A DNA stretch of 64,000 bases. It comes from Candidatus Krumholzibacteriota bacterium. GTDB lineage: Bacteria > Krumholzibacteriota > Krumholzibacteriia > JAJRXK01. The position numbers and the translations under genes are program-made. How positions within the stretch are numbered: position 1 is the stretch's first letter; the number at the start of each line of letters is the position of its first letter. Where the stretch lies: positions 352,001 through 416,000 of the forward strand of contig CAVXTH010000005.1 in the NCBI GenBank assembly GCA_963764625.1, read 5' to 3'. The notes beneath the pieces were generated by a model, which saw only the letters and a program-made list of their open reading frames with translations, made no database searches and was not told where the DNA came from. Positions 21,316-30,865 of this stretch are shown here, piece by piece.

Positions 21316-22467
21316 ATGGATTCGCTCAACTTATTCTCTGATAAGCCATTAGAGGCGAAGAAGATCGGCGCGGCACCGCGACGCCGGCGCCAGAGACCCA
21401 TCTGGCAGATCCTTTTGGCTTCGGCGCTGGTCCCCGGTGCGGGTCACATGCTGTTGGGCAAAGTGCGAGAGGGAGTCGCGATCCTCCTTCTCTGCGTGCT
21501 GACCCAAATCATGGCCTCCCTGGGGTTCGCGCTGGGTTGGGTGGCCATTTCCTGGATCGGTTTTCGAACCGGAGGCGCCCTCTACCTCTTCGCGGTGGCT
21601 GACGCCGCCCTGCTTCGCTACGAGAAGGCCGACGGACGCAGCGCCCAGTATCCCGAATCACCGCGAAGGGTGGCGTTCTGGAACTTCGTGGGCTACGGCG
21701 CCGGTTACGAGATCCTCGGGATGCGCGCGTGGGCCCTGGGCGCTGGCGGCGCCGGATTTTTGACGCACTTCGCCCTGGCGATCCTCTGGCCGCAACTCGC
21801 GATCGTAGGAGAAGTCATCCTGGTTTCTTCCGCCATCCATGCCTACTTCCAAGCGTACGCCGACAAGCGACAGCTCTCCCGCCTGCCAGACGACACCACG
21901 CCGCACTGGCTACGCCGATCCCTGCTGATCACCTGCGTCCTGACGCTCGCCATCGCCGTGGCGAGTCAATGGGTGGCCTTGCAATGGCGCGACAGCATGC
22001 ACCTGCAACGCCAGGGCGCGGTGGCCATCGAGCCCTTCTACGACAATCCTCATTACGGTTTGCACCTGGAGATGCCTTCCCCGGGCTGGGAATTCCTTCA
22101 ACCTTCGGGTGACGAGCTCTTCTCCGCCGCTCATCTCACCGAGAACGCGATGATGAGTCTGCGCATCGCACCCCGAACTCCCTTCACCTGGGACAATCAG
22201 CTCTGGGCCCAAAAGGTTTTGAACGATGCGCGCAACGAGGGCTGGAAGCTGCATCTCACCCAGAGTGAGCCGTCCCAGCTGGGAACTCTCCCCGCCTGGT
22301 CACTGAGTGCCGAAGGCACCTGGCGCGGCGGCAAACGCGTGGTGCGCATCATCACCGCGGCGCGTGGGCTTCAGCACATCACACTTTGGTATGAATGGTC
22401 GCCCTCCAAGAGCTCCCTCGCCTCGACGGAAGTGGGACAGATTCTCGCCAGCATGCATCTGCACTAG
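21316..22467 (+). CDS. Multi-pass membrane protein with soluble C-terminal domain, function unknown
   Basis: Two related hydrophobic repeats (SALVPGAGHMLLG / WNFVGYGAGYEILG), then a soluble alpha/beta C-terminal region. Confidence 0.7.
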   Translation: MDSLNLFSDKPLEAKKIGAAPRRRRQRPIWQILLASALVPGAGHMLLGKVREGVAILLLCVLTQIMASLGFALGWVAISWIGFRTGGALYLFAVADAALLRYEKADGRSAQYPESPRRVAFWNFVGYGAGYEILGMRAWALGAGGAGFLTHFALAILWPQLAIVGEVILVSSAIHAYFQAYADKRQLSRLPDDTTPHWLRRSLLITCVLTLAIAVASQWVALQWRDSMHLQRQGAVAIEPFYDNPHYGLHLEMPSPGWEFLQPSGDELFSAAHLTENAMMSLRIAPRTPFTWDNQLWAQKVLNDARNEGWKLHLTQSEPSQLGTLPAWSLSAEGTWRGGKRVVRIITAARGLQHITLWYEWSPSKSSLASTEVGQILASMHLH

Positions 22468-22545
22468 ACTCGGGAATTCGCTTCCGCGTCAGCGCTTGAA
22501 TTCTCTTCTCATCGCAAACTCCACGCCCCTCTCGCTTGCGCGACG

Positions 22546-22574
22546 GTGACAGAAGTGCCATCTAGGTCTAGGAT
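22546..22574 (+). promoter_or_regulatory. Candidate sigma70 promoter of top6B-elbB-top6A
   Basis: GTGACA-N17-TAGGAT, 60 nt upstream of the top6B ATG. Confidence 0.4.
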
Positions 22575-22634
22575 GCGGCGATACCCCACGTCCACGTGGT
22601 TCGAGCGGCATCGTGCTTTTCAAGAGGCGGACGG

Positions 22635-24260
22635 ATGGCAACTGCAAGACGAACGAAGACGAAGACCAAAGTGAGCAAATCGCGCGGTGCGAAGGCGCCG
22701 CGCACTCTCGCTACCGCCGAGAGCATGGCCAGCCAACAGCGCGAGATCTCGGTGAGTGAATTCTTCACCAAGAATCGCCACCTCCTGGGTTTCGATTCGC
22801 CGACCAAGGCTCTTCTCACCACCATCAAGGAAGCGGTCGACAACTCGCTGGATGCCTGCGAGGAGGCCGGCGTGCTCCCCGAGCTCGGGGTGGAAATCCT
22901 TCCCGCGGGGGAGAACCGGTACCGGGTTATCGTCGAGGACAACGGGCCGGGCATCGTGAAGGCACAGATTCCCCGCATTTTCGGAAAGCTCTTGTACGGC
23001 TCCAAGTTTCACCGCCTGCGGCAGAGCCGTGGTCAGCAGGGAATCGGAATCTCCGCCGCCGGAATGTACGGACAGCTCACCACCGGCCGCCCGATCGTGG
23101 TCGAAAGTCGAACATCGCGGCGCACAACGGCCCATCGTTACGAACTGGTGATCGACATGCTCAAGAACGAGCCGATCATCAAGAAAGAGAAGGAGGTGGA
23201 CTGGAAAGAGAAGGCGCGGGGCACGAAAGTGGAGATCGAGCTCGAGGGCGTCTACAAGAAGGGCCGCCACGGCGTCGACGCGTACCTGCAACAGACGGTG
23301 CTGGCCAATCCCCATATCTCGCTCAGCTACCTGGCGCCCGGCGAGAGCGAACCGCAGATCTACGAGCGAGCGTCCACCAAGCTGCCCGACGAGGCGATGG
23401 AGATCAAGCCGCATCCCTACGGAGTGGAAGTGGGGATGCTGATGCGGATGCTCAAGGACACCAAGAGCCGGCAACTCAAAGGCTTCTTTCAGAGCGAGTT
23501 CTCGCGGGTGGGGCCCAAGACCGCGCTCTCGATCATCGAACCGACCGGTTTGCAACCCACCACCTCGCCACGACGCGTATCCATCGACAAGGCGGAGAAA
23601 CTCATCGAGGGCATCCGCGACACCAAAATTCCGGCGCCCTCGGTGGATTGTCTCTCTCCCATCGGCCAAGAACGCATGGTGGCCAGCCTGAAGACCCAGA
23701 TCGAAGCGGACTACTACGAAGCGGTGACGCGAAGCCCGTCGGTGTACCGCGGGAATCCCTTCCAGGTGGAGGTGGGAATCGCCTACGGTGGGCAGCTGGA
23801 CAAAGAGGATCTCATCTCGCTTTTACGCTACGCGAACCGCGTGCCCCTGCAGTACCAGGCGGGTGCGTGCGTGATCACCAAGAGCGTGATCGGCACCCGC
23901 TGGAAATCCTACGGACTCCAACAGAGCCGAGGCGCCCTGCCCACCGCTCCCATGCTGCTCATGGTGCACCTGGCCAGCGTCTGGGTGCCCTTCACCAGCG
24001 AGAGCAAGGAAGCCATCGCGAATTACGACGAGATCAGCAAGGAACTGCGGCTGGCTCTGCAGGAAATCGGCCGCAAACTGGCGCGCCACATTCGCCGCGG
24101 AAAGCGCGAACTCGACGCAGCCAAAAAGAGGGCCTACATCGAGAAGTACATCCCTCACATCGGATTGGCCCTGCAGGAAATCCTCGGCCTCTCCGATCCT
24201 CAGGAAAAGAAATTGGTGAGCACACTGACCGATACGATGTACCGGAGCCGGCAGACCTGA
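22635..24260 (+). CDS. top6B: DNA topoisomerase VI subunit B
   Basis: [17 protein letters not shown]; GHKL motifs [17 protein letters not shown] and [10 protein letters not shown]; H2TH region; RYANRVPL; [12 protein letters not shown] transducer. Confidence 0.97.
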   Translation: MATARRTKTKTKVSKSRGAKAPRTLATAESMASQQREISVSEFFTKNRHLLGFDSPTKALLTTIKEAVDNSLDACEEAGVLPELGVEILPAGENRYRVIVEDNGPGIVKAQIPRIFGKLLYGSKFHRLRQSRGQQGIGISAAGMYGQLTTGRPIVVESRTSRRTTAHRYELVIDMLKNEPIIKKEKEVDWKEKARGTKVEIELEGVYKKGRHGVDAYLQQTVLANPHISLSYLAPGESEPQIYERASTKLPDEAMEIKPHPYGVEVGMLMRMLKDTKSRQLKGFFQSEFSRVGPKTALSIIEPTGLQPTTSPRRVSIDKAEKLIEGIRDTKIPAPSVDCLSPIGQERMVASLKTQIEADYYEAVTRSPSVYRGNPFQVEVGIAYGGQLDKEDLISLLRYANRVPLQYQAGACVITKSVIGTRWKSYGLQQSRGALPTAPMLLMVHLASVWVPFTSESKEAIANYDEISKELRLALQEIGRKLARHIRRGKRELDAAKKRAYIEKYIPHIGLALQEILGLSDPQEKKLVSTLTDTMYRSRQT

Positions 24261-24304
24261 CGCAAGAGAGCCCCGGCCCGGTCCAGCGTAATGGAGGCGG
24301 AACA

Positions 24305-24961
24305 ATGGCACGAATAGGAGTCATGATCTCTGGATGTGGTTTTCAAGATGGAGCCGAGATTCAGGAATCGGTCTTCACCCTGCTGGCACTCTCGAAGCGA
24401 GGACACGAGATCGTACCCATTGCGCCCGACATGCCCCAGCACCACGTGACCAATCACAAGTCGATGCAGAAAGTGGACGGCGCAACCCGCAACGTGGCCG
24501 AGGAAGCCGCCCGGATCTTCCGCGGCGCACCGAAGTCACCCGCCGAAGCGGGACAACTCGACGCCCTCGTCATGCCCGGCGGGTTCGGCGCCGCGCTGAA
24601 TCTGTGTAATTTCGCCGAGAAGGGCACCGAGTGCGAAGTTCAACCCGCGGTCCGTCAGCTCATCCGTTCGATGGTCGAGGCGGGCAAGCCGGTGGGTGCC
24701 TGGTGCATCGCCCCCGCGCTGCTGGCCGCGGCCCTGCGCGGTGAGCCGAGCGTGCAGCTCACCATCGGCAGCGACCCGGGCACCGCGCAAGCACTCGAGC
24801 AGATGGGCGCCAAGCATGTCGACTGCAAAGTCGATGCTTGCGTCGTCGACCTCGAACACAAGATCGTCTCCACTCCCGCGTACATGTACAAAGCGCACGT
24901 CCACGAGGTGCAGGCCGGGATCGAAAAAGCGGTCGCGGCCCTGGACGAGTGGCTGCGTTAG
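24305..24961 (+). CDS. elbB: DJ-1/PfpI family glyoxalase ElbB (ES1-like)
   Basis: ISGCGFQDGAEIQE, RNVAEEAARIFRG, MPGGFGAALNL, AWCIAP, LTIGSD, STPAYM. Confidence 0.93.
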   Translation: MARIGVMISGCGFQDGAEIQESVFTLLALSKRGHEIVPIAPDMPQHHVTNHKSMQKVDGATRNVAEEAARIFRGAPKSPAEAGQLDALVMPGGFGAALNLCNFAEKGTECEVQPAVRQLIRSMVEAGKPVGAWCIAPALLAAALRGEPSVQLTIGSDPGTAQALEQMGAKHVDCKVDACVVDLEHKIVSTPAYMYKAHVHEVQAGIEKAVAALDEWLR

Positions 24962-24975
24962 GAGGAATTTCATCG

Positions 24976-26064
24976 ATGGCGAAGAAGAAGGTCTCAAGCC
25001 TCATCAAAGACGAGGCGAAGGACATCCACCAGAAGATCATGGCGCGCGAAAGCCCTTCCTTGAAGATGCCGGTGCGCAGTCTGGCGAATGTGACCTACCG
25101 GCCCGCGAAGGGTTACTTCCAAATGCGGGGGAAGACGAAGGAGAGAACCCTCACCGTGAATACGGTGAAGACCTTCGCCCAGAGCCTCCGCATGATGTCA
25201 CTCTGCAAGCAGCTGGTGGAGACCGACGACATCGCCACGAAACGTGAGGCCTACTACGTTTCGAAGAACTGGGACGACGCCCGTTTCAACGAACAAACAG
25301 AGAGCGATACGGTGATGGATGACGTCGAAGCCCTGTTTCGCGTCAATCGAGAACAGTTGGGCTTCATTCCCGAGGAGAAGGGCGGCGACGTCGCCGGCAA
25401 ACTCATCGTGATCGATCGCGACCGAGAGACCGGAGAAGAGCTGCGGATCGACTGTACGCGCTTTGGAAGCGGGGCCTACAGCATTCCCTCATCGGTGGAG
25501 GAGCTGAAGTTCGAAACGAAGGCCAAGTTCGTCCTGGCCATCGAGACGGCCGGGATGTTTCAGCGGCTGGTGAAGCACTCCTGGTGGCGAACCGCGAATT
25601 GCATTCTCATCAGCATGGGGGGAGTGCCCACCCGCGCCTGCCGCCGCTTCATCCGCCGCTTGAGCGACGACAAGAAGCTCCCGGTGTACGTATTCGTCGA
25701 CGGCGATCCGTACGGCTACGGGAACATCTACCGCACGCTCAAGGTGGGGTCAGGCAACGCAGCGCATCTCAACGAGTTCTTCTGCGTTCCCCAGGCGCAT
25801 TTTCTGGGGGTGACCCCCCAGGACATCATCGACTATAAACTGCCGACGCATCCTCTGAAGGATGTCGACATCAAGCGCGCGAAGGACGCGCTCAAGAACG
25901 ATCCTTTCATTCAGCACTACAAGCCCTGGCAGAAGGCCATCACCCAGCTCATCAAGATGGGAGTGCGTGTGGAGCAGCAAGCTCTCGCCAAGCACGGGCT
26001 GAACTACGTCATGGAAGAGTACTTGCCGCAGAAGCTGGCGAATACGCGCGCGTTCTTGCCCTGA
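24976..26064 (+). CDS. top6A: DNA topoisomerase VI subunit A (Spo11 homologue)
   Basis: GGAGG RBS; TKREAYY catalytic-Tyr region; TOPRIM IETAGMF and DGDPYG; VEQQAL. Confidence 0.96.
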   Translation: MAKKKVSSLIKDEAKDIHQKIMARESPSLKMPVRSLANVTYRPAKGYFQMRGKTKERTLTVNTVKTFAQSLRMMSLCKQLVETDDIATKREAYYVSKNWDDARFNEQTESDTVMDDVEALFRVNREQLGFIPEEKGGDVAGKLIVIDRDRETGEELRIDCTRFGSGAYSIPSSVEELKFETKAKFVLAIETAGMFQRLVKHSWWRTANCILISMGGVPTRACRRFIRRLSDDKKLPVYVFVDGDPYGYGNIYRTLKVGSGNAAHLNEFFCVPQAHFLGVTPQDIIDYKLPTHPLKDVDIKRAKDALKNDPFIQHYKPWQKAITQLIKMGVRVEQQALAKHGLNYVMEEYLPQKLANTRAFLP

Positions 26065-26136
26065 GCCATAGGCGGCGGGACTTTGTTCGGGCCGCGCCGC
26101 TCTGCTTGGGACACGATCCGTCGTGGCGACGGGCGA

Positions 26137-26802
26137 TCAGGAGAACCGGGGGCCGGCTTCCTCGTCGTCCTCCGCGATGTCGGCATCGTCGATCACTTCA
26201 GCCTCATCGATCCCGTCTGGCTCACTCGAGCGCACCGTCTCGACCGGGGCGGCCGGAACCGGTTCGGGCTCGAATTCGGGTGGGGGCGCCTTTTCGCCCC
26301 GGCGTTCCACCAGCATCAAACCACCCCACGCAATGAGTCCCAGCGGCAGCAGGTAGCGCACCAGGAATCGCAGGATCGAGAGCACCAGCTTCACGAAGCC
26401 GGCGAGAATGCCCAGCGTGAACAGATAGCAAACGATAGAGATGCTGATGAGAGTGATCGCCGGACCGAGTGCGTCCTTGTTCTGGCGATCCGAAGCCGCG
26501 ACCGAGAGCAGCGCCAGCCCCGGTGAGAGGAGAAAGAAGGGCCAGGAGCTTTTGAATCCGACCCAGCCGATGCGCAACATGAAGAAGTGCAGGGCCAAGA
26601 GCGTGATGAGAACTCCGGCGCTGAGAATCGCCGCTTCCCGACGTCCCCGCGAGAACCAAGCCAGGAGCCCCACCCCCACCGCGAAGAGCAGGAACAGCCA
26701 GAGGAGGCTGAAAGCGTGCCAGTGTATGGAATGCCCCACCAAGAGCAGGATGCCGATCAAAATGAGGATGGGACCCGTTATCAGTTTGCCTCGGCCCGAC
26801 AT
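26137..26802 (-). CDS. Membrane protein (LiaF/DUF5668-like transmembrane repeats) with acidic C-tail
   Basis: GGAGG RBS; GxILILIGILLL and SWPFFLL helices; Glu/Asp-rich tail. Confidence 0.7.
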   Translation of the reverse strand: MSGRGKLITGPILILIGILLLVGHSIHWHAFSLLWLFLLFAVGVGLLAWFSRGRREAAILSAGVLITLLALHFFMLRIGWVGFKSSWPFFLLSPGLALLSVAASDRQNKDALGPAITLISISIVCYLFTLGILAGFVKLVLSILRFLVRYLLPLGLIAWGGLMLVERRGEKAPPPEFEPEPVPAAPVETVRSSEPDGIDEAEVIDDADIAEDDEEAGPRFS

Positions 26803-26909
26803 CGTTGCCACCTCCACGGGCAGAAGATCCGGACGAGCGGGCGGCCACGTCCGAAGAAATCGAGGAGATGGGACGGGTGCTCGCCCCATCTCCTGAGAAG
26901 TCTAGCCCC

Positions 26910-29906
26910 CTAGTGCGAGAGTCGCACGGGAATCTTGAGTTTGACTCCACCGTCGGCTTCGTCCACCAGGCGGAGCTCGCCGCCGTTGACGAATCCATCC
27001 GGGGCCTGCGGCGGGACACCTTCGGCCGTAAGCTCCACCGGAAGCTGCGCCTGAGGATAGACGCGGAACTGCGATTTCTCGCGGACCTTCCCGCTCAGAC
27101 CCACTTTCTTCGCGAGATGGAAGTTCTCACGCAGGCAGAATCCCCAATCGGCCTTGTCCTTGGCCATCGCAAACCCCGCATCGACTTTCAGGGTGTAGGT
27201 GCCCGGCGACGCGGGGTGGAGACCGATCCGCAGGGTTTGCTGGTTGAAACCATCGACCACCAGCGCCTTCCCCTTGGAGTCGTAGATGTTCACTGGAACA
27301 TCGGTCATGAGATTGTAGACTTCCTGGCTCATTTTCAAGGTGAAGTCGACGCTGGGAACCTCGTCCGACAACTCGAAGTCGTAGCTCCAGTGGTCGTCGT
27401 TCTTCACCTCGATCTTCCGTTCGCGCTGATAGCTGTCGATGCTGCCATCGATGTGGCCGGCGAAGACCTCGTCGAAAAGCGGGGTGATGGCGATTTTCGC
27501 TTCGGGTGAGGCAGCGGGCGCATCGAAGTCCATGCTCTTCAACACCGGAGGATCGACGGAGAAAGCCGAGAAACTCGCCTCGAGGTCGTAGACCGAGTCC
27601 CTGGCATCACTCCGAGACCCGCGCGCCACGATCTCCCATACCCCGGGCGTGAGATCCTCTCCGGAGAAATCGTAGTCCACCGATCTCTTGTCCCGGCTGT
27701 CAGCGACTCCCCGGAAGTACCCCTGCTCGCGGCCCGCGCTGTCGTAGAAAACGGGCCAGGCCAGGCCTTCCTTACCCTCGGGAATGTCGAGTTTCACGTG
27801 CATCGCGCTCGCGCCCGCGGGCACGCGCAGGAAGTAATGTTCGACCCCGCCGGCCTCGAGATGACGGGCACTCCACGAGCGGGTGTATCCCTCTTGCGGT
27901 CCAAACTCGTAGGGAGTGACGATCGTGACCACGATCTCGAAATCGTATGCGGCGTCGCCGCTGCGACCGGTGCCCTTCGACTGCGCGAAGATCCGGCCCA
28001 CGTGCATACCGGGCTCCTGCAGCTCTTGTCCGGAATAGCTGGCGCGAATCGTCTGGTCGCCATCGCCGTTGATGTAGGTTTCGTCACGATCGAGATGGAT
28101 CCACGGGACCTCGGACTTCAGGCGCCAGGCGCGATAGAACTTGTTTCGCGTGTCCTGGCTCACCCAGTCGGGAAACCGCGGAGTGAGCGTGAAGCTCTGT
28201 TGATAGCCATCGTGGGGATACCATCCTCCGCGCCAATACGCGGCCGGAGCCTTGCCGTCGGGTTGGAACGGCGCTTCGGTGCGAATCTGGATCACGCTCA
28301 GCTGATCGGGCTCTCCCGCGTCCGAATAGGCACGAGCCGCATCGAACGCGCGCGGCAAGTCGACCACTCCTCCGCCGACTTCGATCGGGGTGTAGCCGGG
28401 CAGACGCTTCCCCGTATGCCGAAGCGCGCGTTGGATGGTTCCGAAGTTCCAGCTCTTCCCCTCCTTGGAGAGACCCGAGAGGATGCAGGCTACGCTCCCG
28501 GTGGTCATGGGGGAAGCCATGCTGGTGCCGTTGTAGCGGTCACGGTTTCCCCACAGGGGAACACTACTGCTCGCTCCGCCCGGTGCGGCCACGTCGGGTT
28601 TCGCGAGCTCTCCTCCGCGGCTGCTGAAGACATAGAGCTGATCGTGCTCGAGAGTGGCTCCGTAGAGCTCCTTCGCCATGGCCTTGGTGAAGAGAGCTCC
28701 CGCCGCGATGACTCCATCGGCCGCAGCGGGAAGCCCCACGGTCGAGATTCCCGGCCCGCTGTTCCCCGCGCTGTTCACGATGACCAGCTTCGAGTGTTCG
28801 TCGAGGACCTTGTCCAGGTAGCGATCCATTCGGGCATCGCCCTCGATTTCGCTATCGATGCCGTAGCTCATGTTGATACAGCAGGGCATCTTGTATTCTT
28901 CCATCCACTTGGCGGCGTAATCGTAGGCCTTCTTCATCGACTCGGTCGTCGTGCTGCCTCCAGCGAGCAGGTTGTTCCCGATCTTGAGGCTGTAGACGTA
29001 GGCTCCCGGCGCAACGCCGTTGAGACCCTTTTGACCGTGCACCGAGAATCCCGAAGCCATTCCCGAGACGTGGCTTCCGTGTCCTCCATCGTCGTGATGC
29101 AGATTCAAGTGCGGTGAGTCGTCGCCGGTGAGATCGAGGGCGAAGGTCATGCGGTCGCGACTCTTTTCAACCGCCTGGTCGCGAAAATGGAAGCCCTGCA
29201 GATCGGTCGCGTAGTCGCGCAGGATGGTCTCGTCGTCGAGATGCCCATCGCGATCGATGTCGATGACGCAGAGCCAGACGTTCTCGCTGGCATCGGCTCT
29301 CGCTTCGGCCGCGGCCGCGTCCTTCCCCCAGGACTTGCGCAGCGTGACTCCGCGACCCTCTCCCAGTTTCTCCACCGCTTTCGCGCGCGGCGCGGAGTAC
29401 ACCACGACGCCCCATTGATCATCGGTGCTTCCATTGTCGTTCAGGTCGGTAAGGCTCTCGCTGTTGAGAAATTCCGATTCCTTCAGGACACCGGTCCAGA
29501 CCCGTTGCGAATCGGAAGGCGCCACCGCGAGCGAATCGAAGCCCTCGAGCCTGAGGCCGTCGGCGACCTCGAGCACGCGCGGCGTCTGATTCTCCACCCA
29601 CTTTGCTTTCTTCAACTCGAGCTTGCCCTGTCCGGAGAAGTCGCGGGCGCCGATGACCTTCACCTCTCCGGTAGAGGTCGTGGTGAGCCCGGGTGTCCCC
29701 ATGTCCACCCCGGTGTCCAGGACGAAGATGACCACTCCCCGTCCGTCGTAGGTGGGATGCGCATCGAGAAATGCGGGGGCCCCGATTTCTCCGACGGGAA
29801 GAAAAGTCCAGGAGTCGGCGGGCTCCGCCGCAAAGGCGGAGAAGGAGACGCCGAGAACCACCAGGGTCACCAGCGCCGCGAGACGAGTCGGAGAAAGAGC
29901 ACGCAT
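26910..29906 (-). CDS. Secreted S8 serine peptidase, tripeptidyl-peptidase II-like
   Basis: Signal peptide; HPTYDGRGVVIFVLDTGVD (Asp), HGSHVSG (His), SAGNSGPG, GTSMASP (Ser); long Asp-His insertion. Confidence 0.9.
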   Translation of the reverse strand: MRALSPTRLAALVTLVVLGVSFSAFAAEPADSWTFLPVGEIGAPAFLDAHPTYDGRGVVIFVLDTGVDMGTPGLTTTSTGEVKVIGARDFSGQGKLELKKAKWVENQTPRVLEVADGLRLEGFDSLAVAPSDSQRVWTGVLKESEFLNSESLTDLNDNGSTDDQWGVVVYSAPRAKAVEKLGEGRGVTLRKSWGKDAAAAEARADASENVWLCVIDIDRDGHLDDETILRDYATDLQGFHFRDQAVEKSRDRMTFALDLTGDDSPHLNLHHDDGGHGSHVSGMASGFSVHGQKGLNGVAPGAYVYSLKIGNNLLAGGSTTTESMKKAYDYAAKWMEEYKMPCCINMSYGIDSEIEGDARMDRYLDKVLDEHSKLVIVNSAGNSGPGISTVGLPAAADGVIAAGALFTKAMAKELYGATLEHDQLYVFSSRGGELAKPDVAAPGGASSSVPLWGNRDRYNGTSMASPMTTGSVACILSGLSKEGKSWNFGTIQRALRHTGKRLPGYTPIEVGGGVVDLPRAFDAARAYSDAGEPDQLSVIQIRTEAPFQPDGKAPAAYWRGGWYPHDGYQQSFTLTPRFPDWVSQDTRNKFYRAWRLKSEVPWIHLDRDETYINGDGDQTIRASYSGQELQEPGMHVGRIFAQSKGTGRSGDAAYDFEIVVTIVTPYEFGPQEGYTRSWSARHLEAGGVEHYFLRVPAGASAMHVKLDIPEGKEGLAWPVFYDSAGREQGYFRGVADSRDKRSVDYDFSGEDLTPGVWEIVARGSRSDARDSVYDLEASFSAFSVDPPVLKSMDFDAPAASPEAKIAITPLFDEVFAGHIDGSIDSYQRERKIEVKNDDHWSYDFELSDEVPSVDFTLKMSQEVYNLMTDVPVNIYDSKGKALVVDGFNQQTLRIGLHPASPGTYTLKVDAGFAMAKDKADWGFCLRENFHLAKKVGLSGKVREKSQFRVYPQAQLPVELTAEGVPPQAPDGFVNGGELRLVDEADGGVKLKIPVRLSH

Positions 29907-30034
29907 GGGTACCTCCAGAGCATGCACGCGGGAGGATAAATCGCGAGTTTCGCATTCGAAGGTGGTACAGAGGGCCCTCTCACGCAAGACGCGGGGGCCG
30001 GCGGCGCATCCGCCAAAGCGCAGTGGGCCGATGG

Positions 30035-30277
30035 CTATTTCGTTCCGCGGAGACGGCCGCCGACGAACTGACCGCCGAAGAACGCGGCCAAAAGAAACGG
30101 CACCGACGAGAGATGCCAGCCAATTCCCGAGAGGATGCGCAGAGTCACGACCAGAGGAACGGGAATGTGCACCGCGAGAAACCAGTTTCGGGAGAACTTC
30201 ACCGTCCGCGCGCGCCAGTAGCCGAAGGGCAGGTTCAAAAGAAAGACCGCCAGCGCGACCCAGAGAAGCCTCGTCAT
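30035..30277 (-). CDS. Small conserved-type membrane protein (80 aa)
   Basis: GGAGG RBS; 'LLNLPFGYWR...KFSRNWFLAVHIPVP...GQFVG', three hydrophobic helices. Confidence 0.75.
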   Translation of the reverse strand: MTRLLWVALAVFLLNLPFGYWRARTVKFSRNWFLAVHIPVPLVVTLRILSGIGWHLSSVPFLLAAFFGGQFVGGRLRGTK

Positions 30278-30324
30278 GATCGTTCGAGCCTCCGGTTCCG
30301 CGGATCGGCGTGGGCCTGGACGTA

Positions 30325-30356
30325 GAAAGGCCGGTAACTCGAGGTTACCGGCCTCT
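30325..30356 (-). terminator. Intrinsic terminator closing the candidate structured RNA
   Basis: AGGCCGGTAAC-CTCGA-GTTACCGGCCT followed by TTC. Confidence 0.65.
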
Positions 30357-30563
30357 CCCATGGAAATGAACCAAGCATTTTCCACCAAGGGGACTCGACG
30401 CCTATCTTCGGCCGGCGCCCCGGCCGAAGACTCGTCGGCCGTGCCGCCACGACCGTTCTTTGGGTGTCCCCTCGGCGGTTCAACTGTCCCCCTTGAGATA
30501 CAGTCGACGCCGGGAGGCTTTGGGCTCCAGCCGCGGTCGGCTCAGCCCGAAGTCACCCTAAAG
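30351..30563 (-). ncRNA. Candidate structured non-coding RNA / riboswitch-like leader (family not recognised)
   Basis: Five or more helices found by eye; several contain G-U pairs that work only on the minus strand. No credible ORF. Followed by a terminator. Confidence 0.5.
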
Positions 30564-30865
30564 TGTTGCATGCCAAGTATTTCCGGAGCTTTGTCGAGAT
30601 TGGTAGAAAGAGCCTCGGATCGCAGGGCACTCAACGTGTTCTTGAAGTATCACAAGTCGTGCCAGTGTGAACTCTCGCGCCGAGGCCGGTCTGGGGCGCG
30701 CGGCCGGGGAAAGAAAAATCCGTCTAAGCCCTTCAGCGCCATCAAGTTGAGCTCAGGCCTCTTCCCCCGCCGGAGAGGCGGCCCCAACGCCGGCCTCTCC
30801 GCCGGACTTCATGAAACTGTCCTCTGGGGAGTGCATTCCCGTTCCACGCGGGGGTAGCCCGGTCT

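Noticed and set aside
23648-24304. N-terminal extension of ElbB (437-aa ORF) overlapping top6B
   Set aside because: Arg/Pro-rich off-frame translation; the real ATG with a GGAGG RBS is at 24305.
30351-30563. Assignment of the structured region to TPP, T-box, glycine riboswitch or 6S RNA
   Set aside because: Only fragments match (GCUGAG, GGUGGA, UGAACC/GGUUCA); the remaining conserved cores are absent.
30648-30666. Sigma-54 promoter (TGGCACG on the minus strand)
   Set aside because: The -24 box matches, but the -12 position reads GTGA rather than TTGC; too weak to call.
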